DNA of 64,000 nucleotides from Thermodesulfobacteriota bacterium. GTDB taxonomy: Bacteria > Desulfobacterota_D > UBA1144 > Nemesobacterales > Nemesobacteraceae. The notes under the pieces are model-generated. The model saw nothing but the letters and a program-made list of their open reading frames with translations. It did not search any database and was not told where the DNA came from. Of this stretch, positions 19,091 to 28,395 are shown piece after piece. Every line of letters starts with the position of its first letter. Within the stretch, counting starts at the first letter, position 1. Both the position numbers and the translations under genes were made by a program. The stretch is from assembly GCA_965202785.1 (NCBI GenBank), contig OZ241855.1:1568001-1632000 (forward strand), given 5' to 3'.

Positions 19091-19159
19091 TAAGAGTTCC
19101 GCTATTTTTATAATACAAGCTTCGCAGTTTTACCAATAAGAGCTTCGCAGTTTTTATAA
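19091..19159. repeat. Three tandem imperfect 23-bp direct repeats
   Basis: TAAGAGTTCCGCTATTTTTATAA / TACAAGCTTCGCAGTTTTACCAA / TAAGAGCTTCGCAGTTTTTATAA. Confidence 0.8.
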
Positions 19160-19266
19160 CAGAACTGGAATAATTTTATCAGTCATCAGATATTGACGAC
19201 ATTCGTACGGAACGGAGAGTGAAAAGACCGGCAGCCTAAAACCGGCAAAAGAAGAACTCAGACAGG

Positions 19267-21006
19267 CTAACCGTATAGACCTAGCGGCACAGGCCGCGCA
19301 GTATCTTCCGGCTTTTTTCTGAGGACGAAGTTCATGCCTTCCGGGTCAGCTTCGATTTGTTCAACTGATTTCTCTATATGAAGAAATAATCCTTTGAAAT
19401 CTCTACCGTTTTTCGCCGATACAAGCGGGGATCCGGGAAATGCCTCGCGAAGCGCCGCTTCTGTTTCTGCATCCGCTTGGTCAGTCTTGTTAAACACAAG
19501 AATGCTGGGAATATCCTCGTATTCCATGGATTTCAGTATTTTCGTTACCGACTCTATTTTCTCTCTGACATCGGGATTGCTCGCGTCGGCGACATGGATA
19601 AGCAGGTCGGCTTCCCCTATTTCTTCAAGCGTGGCTCGAAAGGCATTCAGGAGTTCACGGGGGAGCTTGCTTATAAAGCCCACCGTATCGGTCATAAGTA
19701 CCTGTTTTCCCCCTGGAAGCATGACTTTTCTTGTCGTGGGGTTGAGGGTTGAGAAAAGCTTGTTCTGGGTAACAACGGAGGATTTTGTCAGTCGATTAAA
19801 AAGCGTGGATTTGCCTACGTTCGTGTACCCGATAAAGGAAACAGTAGGGATTTTAGAAATTTTCCTGTTTTTTCTCGTGTGTTCCCGTCTTCTGCAGAGA
19901 CCGTCGATCTGTTTTTCGAGCTGTTCGATCTGTTTTCTTATGTTTCTTCTTTCCTGCTCGAGCTTCTTTTCTCCGGGACCTCTTGTGCCTATCCCGCCCC
20001 CCAGCTGGGAAAAAGCCGTTCCCTTGCCTTTAAGTCTCGGCAAATTGTATTGGAATTCGGCAAGCCTTGCCTGAATTTTTCCTTCGTTTGTCTTAGCGTG
20101 TTTTGCAAATATCTGTATTATCAGTTGGCTTCGGTCCATTATATCAAGACCGGACTCTTCCCCGATAGCATTTGCTTGGGCGGGGGTAAGTTCCGTGTCA
20201 AAAATGATGGTGTCGGCCCCAAGGTGTTTGGCGTGAAGGGCAATCTCCCTGAGTTTTCCTCTGCCGACGAGATAACGGGGATCAACGTTCTTTCTTATCT
20301 GAACCATCTTATCGAGCACTATCTTCTCTGCGGAGAGAGCCAGGGAATTGAGCTCCTCAAGAGATTTCTCGGCCAGGTAGCGAAACTTGGTGCCAAACCC
20401 CACAAGTATGACTCCCTCCCTGTTTTCCTTGCCCCCGTTCTTGAAAAAAGCGTTCCTTAGGGAGTGTTCTATGCCATTTATTTCCTGTTTGAGGTTGATA
20501 TTTATGCGGCCTACGTCGGAAAACTCTGAAATCTCCCACTTGGAGAGGTTTTCTCCGTCTGGTGGGACGAGATTCGCATATTCGAAACGTCCCGCTGAAT
20601 CGTTTTGGCCTGAAGACACCGAAGCTACCAGGTCGAGTCTTTCGTTTGCCAGGGTTGCCAGATCAGAATTCGTAAGACCGGATCCCTTGAGGTTGGTTCT
20701 TACGGCGCGAAACCCCCTGAGGCGGTATTTCGCTCTCCTCCTTCTTCCGAGCAGTTTTTCAAAGGGAAAATCGCAGGGCTCTCCGATGAAGACGAATCTT
20801 ACCTTGCCCTTGCGGTCGATAAATGCCGTTATGGTTTTTTGGAGTTCCTTCGAGAAGGCTAAGAGAGTACGGGTGAATTCAAGTGTTACAAGACGATCCT
20901 GAGGAATTTTCCTCTTGTATATTCTGAGCAGGTTCTTCAGGTCGCTTCTGGTGAGACCTGAGGTGTTTCCATGGATTCTGTCTATCTTTTGTCCCCCTTG
21001 AAGCAT
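19267..21006 (-). CDS. hflX: GTPase HflX (long N-terminal form)
   Basis: GIGTRGPGE, GYTNVGKST, DTVGFI, NKTD. Confidence 0.95.
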   Translation of the reverse strand: MLQGGQKIDRIHGNTSGLTRSDLKNLLRIYKRKIPQDRLVTLEFTRTLLAFSKELQKTITAFIDRKGKVRFVFIGEPCDFPFEKLLGRRRRAKYRLRGFRAVRTNLKGSGLTNSDLATLANERLDLVASVSSGQNDSAGRFEYANLVPPDGENLSKWEISEFSDVGRININLKQEINGIEHSLRNAFFKNGGKENREGVILVGFGTKFRYLAEKSLEELNSLALSAEKIVLDKMVQIRKNVDPRYLVGRGKLREIALHAKHLGADTIIFDTELTPAQANAIGEESGLDIMDRSQLIIQIFAKHAKTNEGKIQARLAEFQYNLPRLKGKGTAFSQLGGGIGTRGPGEKKLEQERRNIRKQIEQLEKQIDGLCRRREHTRKNRKISKIPTVSFIGYTNVGKSTLFNRLTKSSVVTQNKLFSTLNPTTRKVMLPGGKQVLMTDTVGFISKLPRELLNAFRATLEEIGEADLLIHVADASNPDVREKIESVTKILKSMEYEDIPSILVFNKTDQADAETEAALREAFPGSPLVSAKNGRDFKGLFLHIEKSVEQIEADPEGMNFVLRKKPEDTARPVPLGLYG

Positions 21007-21155
21007 ATATTATTATATCGAGCAAAGAATTTGAAGCGTTTTCAGCGAAGAATGAGAAAAAACTTGCCGATTTGCCGATTTTTCAACACTTAAAACGGCA
21101 AAGTTTTTTTGTCCGCGGACTCCAGGCAGAAAGCGGGAAGTCGGGGTAATACGCA

Positions 21156-21629
21156 GTGGAAATGGGAAAAGAGCTATGGATTGCCGAGTTCTACGAAAAG
21201 GAAAAGGTCCCGGCTGACTCGGATAAAACATGCGAAGAAAGGGAGAAGGTCTCGGATTTTCTCCGCCGCGGCTTTGAGACCTGCGTTGAGTCTTTGAATG
21301 AAGAACATGGCCAAGACGCAATCAGCGTAATTGCTTCGCCTCGGGGTTTTATGCATGCGGTTTTTGATGCTGATGTAGAGACTGGAGGTTTTTTGCTGCT
21401 TTTCGGAACCTCGAAACTGGTAATGGTGTTTTGCGGGGATGGAAACGCCGTTACGTTTGTCGGGAGAAAAATCGATTCCGGTTCCCAAGGCCAGAAGAAA
21501 AACTTAAAGCTTCTCGGGGCAGTCTGGGAAGAGGCAGAAGACGGAAAATATCTTTTCCGGGACAGTACGGGAGTGGAGATTGAAATCCGCGAACTTATCC
21601 TGCGGATAATCCGTTGGGGTACGGGCTAA
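21156..21629 (+). CDS. Hypothetical protein
   Basis: 157-aa ORF divergent from hflX with plausible composition; no motif recognised. Confidence 0.6.
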   Translation: MEMGKELWIAEFYEKEKVPADSDKTCEEREKVSDFLRRGFETCVESLNEEHGQDAISVIASPRGFMHAVFDADVETGGFLLLFGTSKLVMVFCGDGNAVTFVGRKIDSGSQGQKKNLKLLGAVWEEAEDGKYLFRDSTGVEIEIRELILRIIRWGTG

Positions 21630-21742
21630 GGAGTAAGGACGATGTGCGTCAGAAAGGCGATGACCATTATGAGTCCTATGAGCAGCGGTACGCCAAGGAT
21701 GTAGTGAAACCCTTCTTTTTCGTGCGGTTCGAGATCAAACAT
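21626..21742 (-). CDS. 38-aa single-pass membrane protein (not in ORF track)
   Basis: MFDLEPHEKEGFHYILGVPLLIGLIMVIAFLTHIVLTP*; fills the gap and its stop overlaps the convergent stop. Confidence 0.6.
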   Translation of the reverse strand: MFDLEPHEKEGFHYILGVPLLIGLIMVIAFLTHIVLTP

Positions 21743-21825
21743 TACGGCGCAAGAATAACCTATGCTTTTTGTCATTGCAAAGATTTATTGAAGAGGTCCT
21801 GAAACTTTGTTAGATTGTTACGGTA

Positions 21826-22722
21826 ATGATTGAATATGTAACACCTTTTTTCCGCCCTCCAAGCGAGCACAAAAGCTTCATTCTGCAGGCCACCGTCGGC
21901 TGTTCCCATAACAAGTGCACCTATTGCGCCATGTACAGAAAGGAAACCCAGAAGTTCAGGGTAAGGACTATGGGCGAAATAAAAGAAATTATTGATGCCG
22001 CGGCAAAGAGCGGTTTACTTGAACGAAGAGTTTTCATCGCGGACGGCAACGCGCTTGTACTCTCCACGGCTAAGCTGATGGAGATAATGGATTATCTACA
22101 TGAAAAAGCCCCGGATCTTGAAAGGATCACCATGTACGCGAACATAGGGGACATACTCAGGAAATCAGTTGAAGACCTCTCGCGTCTCCGGGAAAACGGC
22201 CTCAGCATGGTCTACATAGGTTTTGAGAGCGGAGACGATGTGGTTCTCGAGAGAATAGAGAAGGGAGCGAATTTTGCCGAGACAGTTGAAGCCTCAAGAA
22301 AACTTAAGGCTTCAGGGATAATGAACTCGGTCATGGTGCTTCTCGGCATCGGCGGGAAGGACAGGAGCAGTGAACACGCCCTGGCTACCGGGAAGCTTCT
22401 TACCGAGTGTGACCCGGAGTATGTCGGGGCTCTTTCTCTCCAGCTCCGTCCCGGGGCACCGATTTACGAGCAATGGCAGGAAGGCCTGTTTGAGCTTCCG
22501 GACAAGTTCCAGATGATAGAGGAGCTTGAGACTATTGTTGAGAATACGGAGCTTTCCGACGGCTATTTCTACTCGAATCACATATCAAATTACCTTCCCG
22601 TCAGGGCGAAATTCCCCGAGGAAAAAAACAGAGTTCTTGAAGAGATAAAAGAAGTGTTAAAGACAAGAGACGAAGCTTTCCTTCGTCCAGATTACTACAG
22701 AGACGTGGTTAACCAGTACTGA
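21826..22722 (+). CDS. Radical SAM protein
   Basis: FRPPSE...QATVGCSHNKCTYC (CxxxCxxC), YIGFESG. Confidence 0.92.
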   Translation: MIEYVTPFFRPPSEHKSFILQATVGCSHNKCTYCAMYRKETQKFRVRTMGEIKEIIDAAAKSGLLERRVFIADGNALVLSTAKLMEIMDYLHEKAPDLERITMYANIGDILRKSVEDLSRLRENGLSMVYIGFESGDDVVLERIEKGANFAETVEASRKLKASGIMNSVMVLLGIGGKDRSSEHALATGKLLTECDPEYVGALSLQLRPGAPIYEQWQEGLFELPDKFQMIEELETIVENTELSDGYFYSNHISNYLPVRAKFPEEKNRVLEEIKEVLKTRDEAFLRPDYYRDVVNQY

Positions 22723-22744
22723 AAAAAAACTCAAGGAGGCTAAA

Positions 22745-23677
22745 ATGGGAAAAATTGCAACAACTTCACCGGTTTGGGGATGCAGTGTGAGTGACCTTAG
22801 AGCACTTGCAGGAATTACTGAAGAAGCGGGTTTTGACGGTATCTTCTCTCCCGAGGTACCGCCTTACAACGCCATAACGAACGCTCAGGTGTTTGCGGAG
22901 TGCACCGAGAGGGTAAATGTCGGAACGTGGATAGCCAATATATACATGCGCCAGCCTGTAATGGCTACCGCGACTGCGCTTACGATACAGGAAATAACCG
23001 GGGGAAGGATGATTCTCGGACTCGGAGTCAGCCACAAGCCCGTTAACAACAGATACGACATAGACATGGGAGACCCGATTGAGGCGATGAGGGACTATGT
23101 CGGGGAAGTGAGGGCCTTTGCCGACGGAACGTCTCCCAGGCTTTCTCTTAAAAGACCAACTGATCTCCCAGTCCATATAGCGGGACTTACCAAGGCCGCA
23201 GCGGAGCTTGCCGGAGAGGTCGCCGACGGCATAATGCCGTATCTATGCCCTCCCGCTTATATCGCTACCTTAAAAGAGCATGTTGCCGCGGGTGCCGCGA
23301 AAGCGGAAAGGGATTCCTCAACCATATCAATTACAAACGGCATTCCGTCCTTTGTCTCGGATGATGGAGCCGCGGCCGTCGCCGCAGCCAAAAGAGGGCT
23401 CGGTCCATACGCCAGGTTTCCTTTTTACCAGAGACTCATAAGGAACATAGGTTTCGGGGATATAATCGACCAGGTGCAGGACGGAGCGAATCCGGCCGAA
23501 GTTTTCACGGACGAACTGATAGATTCAGTAGCGCTTGCCGGTACGCCCGATGACTGCAAGAAAAAGCTTGAGGAGCATTTCGCAGCTGGAGTCGATCTTG
23601 CAATATTGGTTCCCGGACCAGTAGGAAAACAAAGTAATATAGAGGTAATGGAGATAACAGCTAAAGCGTATTCTTAA
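22745..23677 (+). CDS. LLM-class (luciferase-like) flavin/F420-dependent oxidoreductase
   Basis: EEAGFD, GTWIANIYMRQP, GRMILGLGVSH, AGEVADG, AGTPDDC. Confidence 0.88.
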   Translation: MGKIATTSPVWGCSVSDLRALAGITEEAGFDGIFSPEVPPYNAITNAQVFAECTERVNVGTWIANIYMRQPVMATATALTIQEITGGRMILGLGVSHKPVNNRYDIDMGDPIEAMRDYVGEVRAFADGTSPRLSLKRPTDLPVHIAGLTKAAAELAGEVADGIMPYLCPPAYIATLKEHVAAGAAKAERDSSTISITNGIPSFVSDDGAAAVAAAKRGLGPYARFPFYQRLIRNIGFGDIIDQVQDGANPAEVFTDELIDSVALAGTPDDCKKKLEEHFAAGVDLAILVPGPVGKQSNIEVMEITAKAYS

Positions 23678-23690
23678 GTTTTTCACAGAT

Positions 23691-23730
23691 CAAAAGAGCG
23701 GAAGATAATCAAATGCTTTCCGCTCTTTTG
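23691..23730 (+). terminator. Intrinsic terminator
   Basis: CAAAAGAGCGGAA...TTCCGCTCTTTTG inverted repeat after the LLM gene. Confidence 0.75.
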
Positions 23731-23882
23731 CTTTTCCGTCACCTGTATTTCTTTCAGCAATCAATCGTTTTTTCAGGGCCCGCCGCAGAAATTTGAATTT
23801 TTTCACGTGCGCGGTTGTGAACAAAATTTTAGGAAAGTATAATTAGGGCAATTTTATTCTCTTTGCTTCGGTCCGCCTGAAC

Positions 23883-25442
23883 GTGAGTCTCGATAATAAC
23901 ATTTTGTCACTGCTCATATTTTTTCCCCTTCTGGGAGCTGTCGTGCTCGCGGTTCTGCCGTATTTCGAGAAAGTTTCCGATTACCAGTTAAAAGCGGTTG
24001 CGTTTGTAATAACCCTGGTAGAATTCCTGATATCCCTTCCTCTTTTTTTCCGCTTTAACGGTTCGCTTTCCACGATGCAGTTTGAAGAGAAGATTCCCTG
24101 GCTTACGGATCTCGGGGTGTCTTATCATCTGGGAGTCGACGGTCTTAGCCTTTTGCTCGTGCTTCTAACGACCTTTCTTTTTCCGATCACGGTTCTTTGC
24201 TCCTGGAACGCGATAAGAGGCGGATGGAGAGCGTTTCTTTGCCTTACTCTTTTTCTTGAATCGGCGCTAATCGGGACCTTCGCCGCGCTGGACATGATTC
24301 TCTTCTTTATATTCTGGGAAGCGGTACTGATTCCCATGTATTTCATCATAGGAATCTGGGGATCCTCCAGAAGAATTTACGCGGCAATAAAGTTCTTCAT
24401 CTACACTGCTCTTGGAAGCGGACTCATGCTGGTCGCGATCATCTACATGTACTACGCACACATAGACCAGTTCGGCTTTGCGTCAATGAACCTTTTTGAT
24501 CTCCAGAGGACCAGTCTTGCTTTTGACGGCATACTGAGTCCCCAGGGGCTTGTGTTTCTGGCGTTTTTCCTGGCCTTCGCAATCAAGGTTCCGATGTTTC
24601 CATTTCACACCTGGCTCCCCGACGCGCACGTTGAGGCCCCCACGCCCGGAAGCGTAATACTTGCCGGCGTTCTGCTTAAGATGGGAACCTACGCGGTGAT
24701 AAGATTTCTCATTCCGTTTTTCCCCGAAGCGATAGATGCGTACACCGGTGTTCTCATAGCCCTGTCGATCACCGGGATAATCTACGGAGCGATGGTGGCC
24801 TTCATGCAGACGGATCTCAAGAAGCTGGTCGCCTATTCAAGCGTAAGTCACATGGGGCTTATAATGCTGGGAGTGTTCGTCTTCAATCTCCACGGCGTAC
24901 AGGGCGGTGTCTACCAGATGATAGGTCACGGTCTCTCAACCGGAGCTCTGTTTATTCTCGTCGGAATGATATACGAAAGACGTCACACTAAAATGATTTC
25001 CGAGTTCGGCGGACTCGCGAAGGTAATGCCGATCTACGCGCTGTTTTTCATGATTGCCATGCTCTCTTCGATAGGGCTTCCTCTCCTAAACGGCTTCATA
25101 GGGGAATTTCTGATTCTGCTTGGAGTGTTCGCGGAGAGTTACTGGTACGCGGCGCTTGGAGCTACGGGGCTTGTCCTCGGAGCCGTTTACATGCTCTGGG
25201 CATACCAAAGGGTGATGTTCGGACCTATAGTAAAGAAAATAAACGCGGGGCTTGCGGATCTTAATCCCAGAGAGATAGCCCTCATGATTCCTCTTGCCAT
25301 TATGATATTTCTCATGGGGATCTACCCGCAGCCTTTTCTCTCAAAAATGGAACCTACGATAACAAGAATGGTAGACGGAACTCGGCAGGAAGCTTTCCGC
25401 GCGGACGCCGCAGTACCCGAGATCCGGAAAAACAGGCCTTAG
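23883..25442 (+). CDS. nuoM: NADH-quinone oxidoreductase subunit M
   Basis: GVDGLS, FWEAVLIPMY, KVPMFPFHTWLPDAHVEAP, LKKLVAYSSVSHMG. Confidence 0.93.
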   Translation: MSLDNNILSLLIFFPLLGAVVLAVLPYFEKVSDYQLKAVAFVITLVEFLISLPLFFRFNGSLSTMQFEEKIPWLTDLGVSYHLGVDGLSLLLVLLTTFLFPITVLCSWNAIRGGWRAFLCLTLFLESALIGTFAALDMILFFIFWEAVLIPMYFIIGIWGSSRRIYAAIKFFIYTALGSGLMLVAIIYMYYAHIDQFGFASMNLFDLQRTSLAFDGILSPQGLVFLAFFLAFAIKVPMFPFHTWLPDAHVEAPTPGSVILAGVLLKMGTYAVIRFLIPFFPEAIDAYTGVLIALSITGIIYGAMVAFMQTDLKKLVAYSSVSHMGLIMLGVFVFNLHGVQGGVYQMIGHGLSTGALFILVGMIYERRHTKMISEFGGLAKVMPIYALFFMIAMLSSIGLPLLNGFIGEFLILLGVFAESYWYAALGATGLVLGAVYMLWAYQRVMFGPIVKKINAGLADLNPREIALMIPLAIMIFLMGIYPQPFLSKMEPTITRMVDGTRQEAFRADAAVPEIRKNRP

Positions 25443-25492
25443 GGTTATGGCCGTCTCTCAGGTAAAGCTGGTTGCCAGCCTGATCAGAACCG

Positions 25493-25915
25493 ATGTCTTT
25501 TAAAAAGCTCATAACGAAAAAAGTCGAGTTTTCCGCTTCTCACAGGTACTGGAACAAAGACTGGAGCGAGGAGAAAAACCGCGAATTCTACGGTAAATCA
25601 AGCCTGCCCGGCGGACACGGGCATAATTTCATGCTTGAAGTCACTGTGGAAGGAGAGATAAACCCGGAGACGGGCATGATAATCAATCTCTTTGATCTCA
25701 AGCAGATCGTTTCATCGGTTCTGGCTGATTTCGACCACAAGAACCTAAACGAGGACAATCCCCGTTTTCAGGACCTTATACCGACGACGGAGAACATAGC
25801 CAAGATTCTGTGGGAGGTAATTGAAGAGAAAATCATTGAAAGAGATGATTGTCGCCTTTACAAAATAAGGGTGTATGAAACAGACGATCTTTTCGTCGAC
25901 TACCGCAAATGCTAG
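25493..25915 (+). CDS. PTPS/QueD-family protein (catalytic Cys absent)
   Basis: FSASHR, GHGHNF, GMIIN, DHKNLN, PTTENIA, VYET; Ser where Cys is expected. Confidence 0.88.
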   Translation: MSFKKLITKKVEFSASHRYWNKDWSEEKNREFYGKSSLPGGHGHNFMLEVTVEGEINPETGMIINLFDLKQIVSSVLADFDHKNLNEDNPRFQDLIPTTENIAKILWEVIEEKIIERDDCRLYKIRVYETDDLFVDYRKC

Positions 25916-26340
25916 AGAGAAAAGAACAGGTAATTCTTACGAGAGTATTCAGGTTTTCCGCAAGCCACAGGCTTTTTATGGAAGGATTGTCCGAAGAAGA
26001 GAACTTCGCCATATTTGACAAATGCGCAAATCCCGCAGGACACGGACACGACTACACGGTGGAAGTGGGAATAAGGGGAGAAATAGACGGCGAAACGGGT
26101 ATGGTCATAAACCGCGTCGATTTTGAAAAACGGGCAGTCCCCATAATCGAAGAACTCAACTATAAGTGGATAGACAGGGATATCAATTTCTTTGAGGAAA
26201 ACATATCGACTGTTGAGAATATAGGAAAATACCTGTGGCAGAAATTCACGGAAATCATCCCGGACAGGCTTGATAGTATAAAGATATGGGAAAACCCGAA
26301 AAGTTATTTTGAGTATTTCGAGGAAAAACAAGATGGATGA
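25909..26340 (+). CDS. 6-pyruvoyltetrahydropterin synthase family (CX5HGH, PTPS-II type)
   Basis: FSASHRL, KCANPAGHGHDY, STVENI, IWEN. Confidence 0.88.
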   Translation: MLERKEQVILTRVFRFSASHRLFMEGLSEEENFAIFDKCANPAGHGHDYTVEVGIRGEIDGETGMVINRVDFEKRAVPIIEELNYKWIDRDINFFEENISTVENIGKYLWQKFTEIIPDRLDSIKIWENPKSYFEYFEEKQDG

Positions 26341-27037
26341 AAAAGTCGTGGTTGTGACTGGTGCGACAAGAGGAATAGGAAAAGCAATCGCAGTTGAATT
26401 GCTCGAGGCGGGATTTTTTACGGCGCTCTGCTCAAGAAATCTCCAGACTACGGCTTCTCTTGAAACTGAAATATCGTCTTCTGCAGGAAATTTCATGATT
26501 TCCTCCGTCGATATCTCGGTCGAGGAGGAAGTCGAAAGATTCATTTCAAGCGTCGCTGAAAAAAAGGGACAGATTGACGTACTGATCAATAACGCAGGCG
26601 TAGTCTACACCGGTCCGGTAGAAAAAACCGACACCGAGCAATGGGATGAAATGATGGCCGTAAATGCAAAAGGAACCTTTCTCATGGTAAAACATACGCT
26701 TCCGCTTATGCCAAGAGGAGGCCACATTGTAAATATCGGCTCGAACGCTTCAAAAAAAGGCTTTCCCGGGTGGGCAGCCTACTGCGCTTCAAAGTTCGCT
26801 GTCTTGGGTTTTACCAACTCACTTAGAGAAGAGGTAAGAGACAGGGGAATAAAGGTTTCCGCCGTCTTGCCAGGTCCGACCAAAACAGATATATGGGATT
26901 CTCTTGGGGGAGAGTGGAACAGGGCAAAGATGATGTCTCCTGAAATTACAGCGAAAACAGTCCTGTCGGTCATAAACCAGCCCCGCGAAGCGAATATAGA
27001 CGAAATTGATATAGTTCCATCCACGGGTAGTTTATAA
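26333..27037 (+). CDS. SDR-family oxidoreductase (candidate pterin/sepiapterin reductase)
   Basis: TGATRGIG, NNAG, YCASK; translationally coupled to the PTPS gene. Confidence 0.85.
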   Translation: MDEKVVVVTGATRGIGKAIAVELLEAGFFTALCSRNLQTTASLETEISSSAGNFMISSVDISVEEEVERFISSVAEKKGQIDVLINNAGVVYTGPVEKTDTEQWDEMMAVNAKGTFLMVKHTLPLMPRGGHIVNIGSNASKKGFPGWAAYCASKFAVLGFTNSLREEVRDRGIKVSAVLPGPTKTDIWDSLGGEWNRAKMMSPEITAKTVLSVINQPREANIDEIDIVPSTGSL

Positions 27038-27066
27038 TTACGAGAGACCGGTCCCGGAAAAAGCAG

Positions 27067-28395
27067 ATGGTAGAGATAGTTTCAGTCGGAATCAGCTACA
27101 AGACAACCCCTGTGGAAGTGAGGGAGAAATTCTCCTTTTCTGATGCGGATATCAGGGAAGCACTCGGAATCCTCCGTTTAAGAGAAAACGTGCTTGAATG
27201 CTTCATAGTGTCCACCTGTAACCGCGTTGAGATCTATGCGGTGACCGAGAACCGTGGAAAATGCGAAGAGGAAATAAGGTCCTTTCTTCTGGATTTCCAC
27301 AAGCTTGCGGACAGAAAACTCTCTCCCTATATGCATACCCGCGTGGGGTCCGATGCGGTTAGACATCTTTTCAGGGTAGCGGCCAGCATTGACTCCATGG
27401 TAATCGGAGAAACCCAGATCCTGAACCAACTCAAAAACTCATATAGCCTGGCGCGTTCCGAGAATACGGTCGGACTCATACTCAACAGACTCTTTAACAG
27501 GGCTTTTTTCGCCGGGAAAAAAGTTAGAGCCGAAACGGGGATCTCATCTCAAGCGGTCTCGATAAGTTACCTTGGGGTGGAGCTTGCAAAAAGAATATTC
27601 GAGAACCTCGCAAACCGCACCGCCATGCTGGTGGGAACCGGGGAAATGGGAGAACTTTTCGCAAAACATCTTATCTCAAGCAACATAAAAGAACTCTATG
27701 TAACAAGCAGAAATTTCCATAATGCAGAAAAACTTTCGCAATCCCTAAAAGGCAAGTCCATCAGGTTTGAAGAGATGCTTTACCGTCTTAAAGACATTGA
27801 TATTCTTGTTACCGCGACCGGGTCTTCTGATTACATAATAAGAAGTGAACACGTAAAACAGTCCCTCAAGCTCAGGAAAAACGATCCGATCTTCATGATC
27901 GATATAGCTGTCCCGCGTGATATAGATCCTAAGATAAACAGAATTCCCGGGGTTTACCTCTACGACATAGACGACCTGAGAGTTGTCCAGGGTGAGAACT
28001 TGAATTCCAGAAAGGAAAACCTCAAGAAAGCCGAAGAAATAGTTCTGAACGTGGAGAAAGGTTTTACGGACTGGATGGAGAGCCTTAAGGTCTTTCCCGT
28101 CATAATCGACATCAAGCAAAAATTCGAGAAAATAAAAAAGACCGAGGTTGAGAAGGCGCTTCGAAAAATCGAGGGCGGTACCGGAGCGCAGGAAGAGATC
28201 CTGGAGAGCCTGGCGAACTCCATAATCGGAAAAATATTTCACGACCCGGTCACCAACCTAAAGAAGAGAACGTCCGGTTACGAAGCGGCTCTTTACTCCG
28301 AGGTAACGAGAAGGCTTTTTGAGCTCGACCCGGTGGATGCCTCGCAGGACGTAACAGATATTTATGACGAAGCTGAGAATTGGGACCAGGGGTAG
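27067..28395 (+). CDS. hemA: Glutamyl-tRNA reductase
   Basis: STCNRVEIY, DSMVIGETQI, GTGEMG, DIAVPRD. Confidence 0.96.
   Translation: MVEIVSVGISYKTTPVEVREKFSFSDADIREALGILRLRENVLECFIVSTCNRVEIYAVTENRGKCEEEIRSFLLDFHKLADRKLSPYMHTRVGSDAVRHLFRVAASIDSMVIGETQILNQLKNSYSLARSENTVGLILNRLFNRAFFAGKKVRAETGISSQAVSISYLGVELAKRIFENLANRTAMLVGTGEMGELFAKHLISSNIKELYVTSRNFHNAEKLSQSLKGKSIRFEEMLYRLKDIDILVTATGSSDYIIRSEHVKQSLKLRKNDPIFMIDIAVPRDIDPKINRIPGVYLYDIDDLRVVQGENLNSRKENLKKAEEIVLNVEKGFTDWMESLKVFPVIIDIKQKFEKIKKTEVEKALRKIEGGTGAQEEILESLANSIIGKIFHDPVTNLKKRTSGYEAALYSEVTRRLFELDPVDASQDVTDIYDEAENWDQG

Noticed and set aside
18931-19113. + strand 60-aa ORF
   Set aside because: Antisense shadow of the DUF4143 fragment.
19091-19159. 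CRISPR array interpretation of the 23-bp repeats
   Set aside because: The repeats are head-to-tail with no unique spacers, and no cas genes are in the window.
21614-21802. + strand 62-aa ORF
   Set aside because: The minus-strand 38-aa TM ORF explains the region better.
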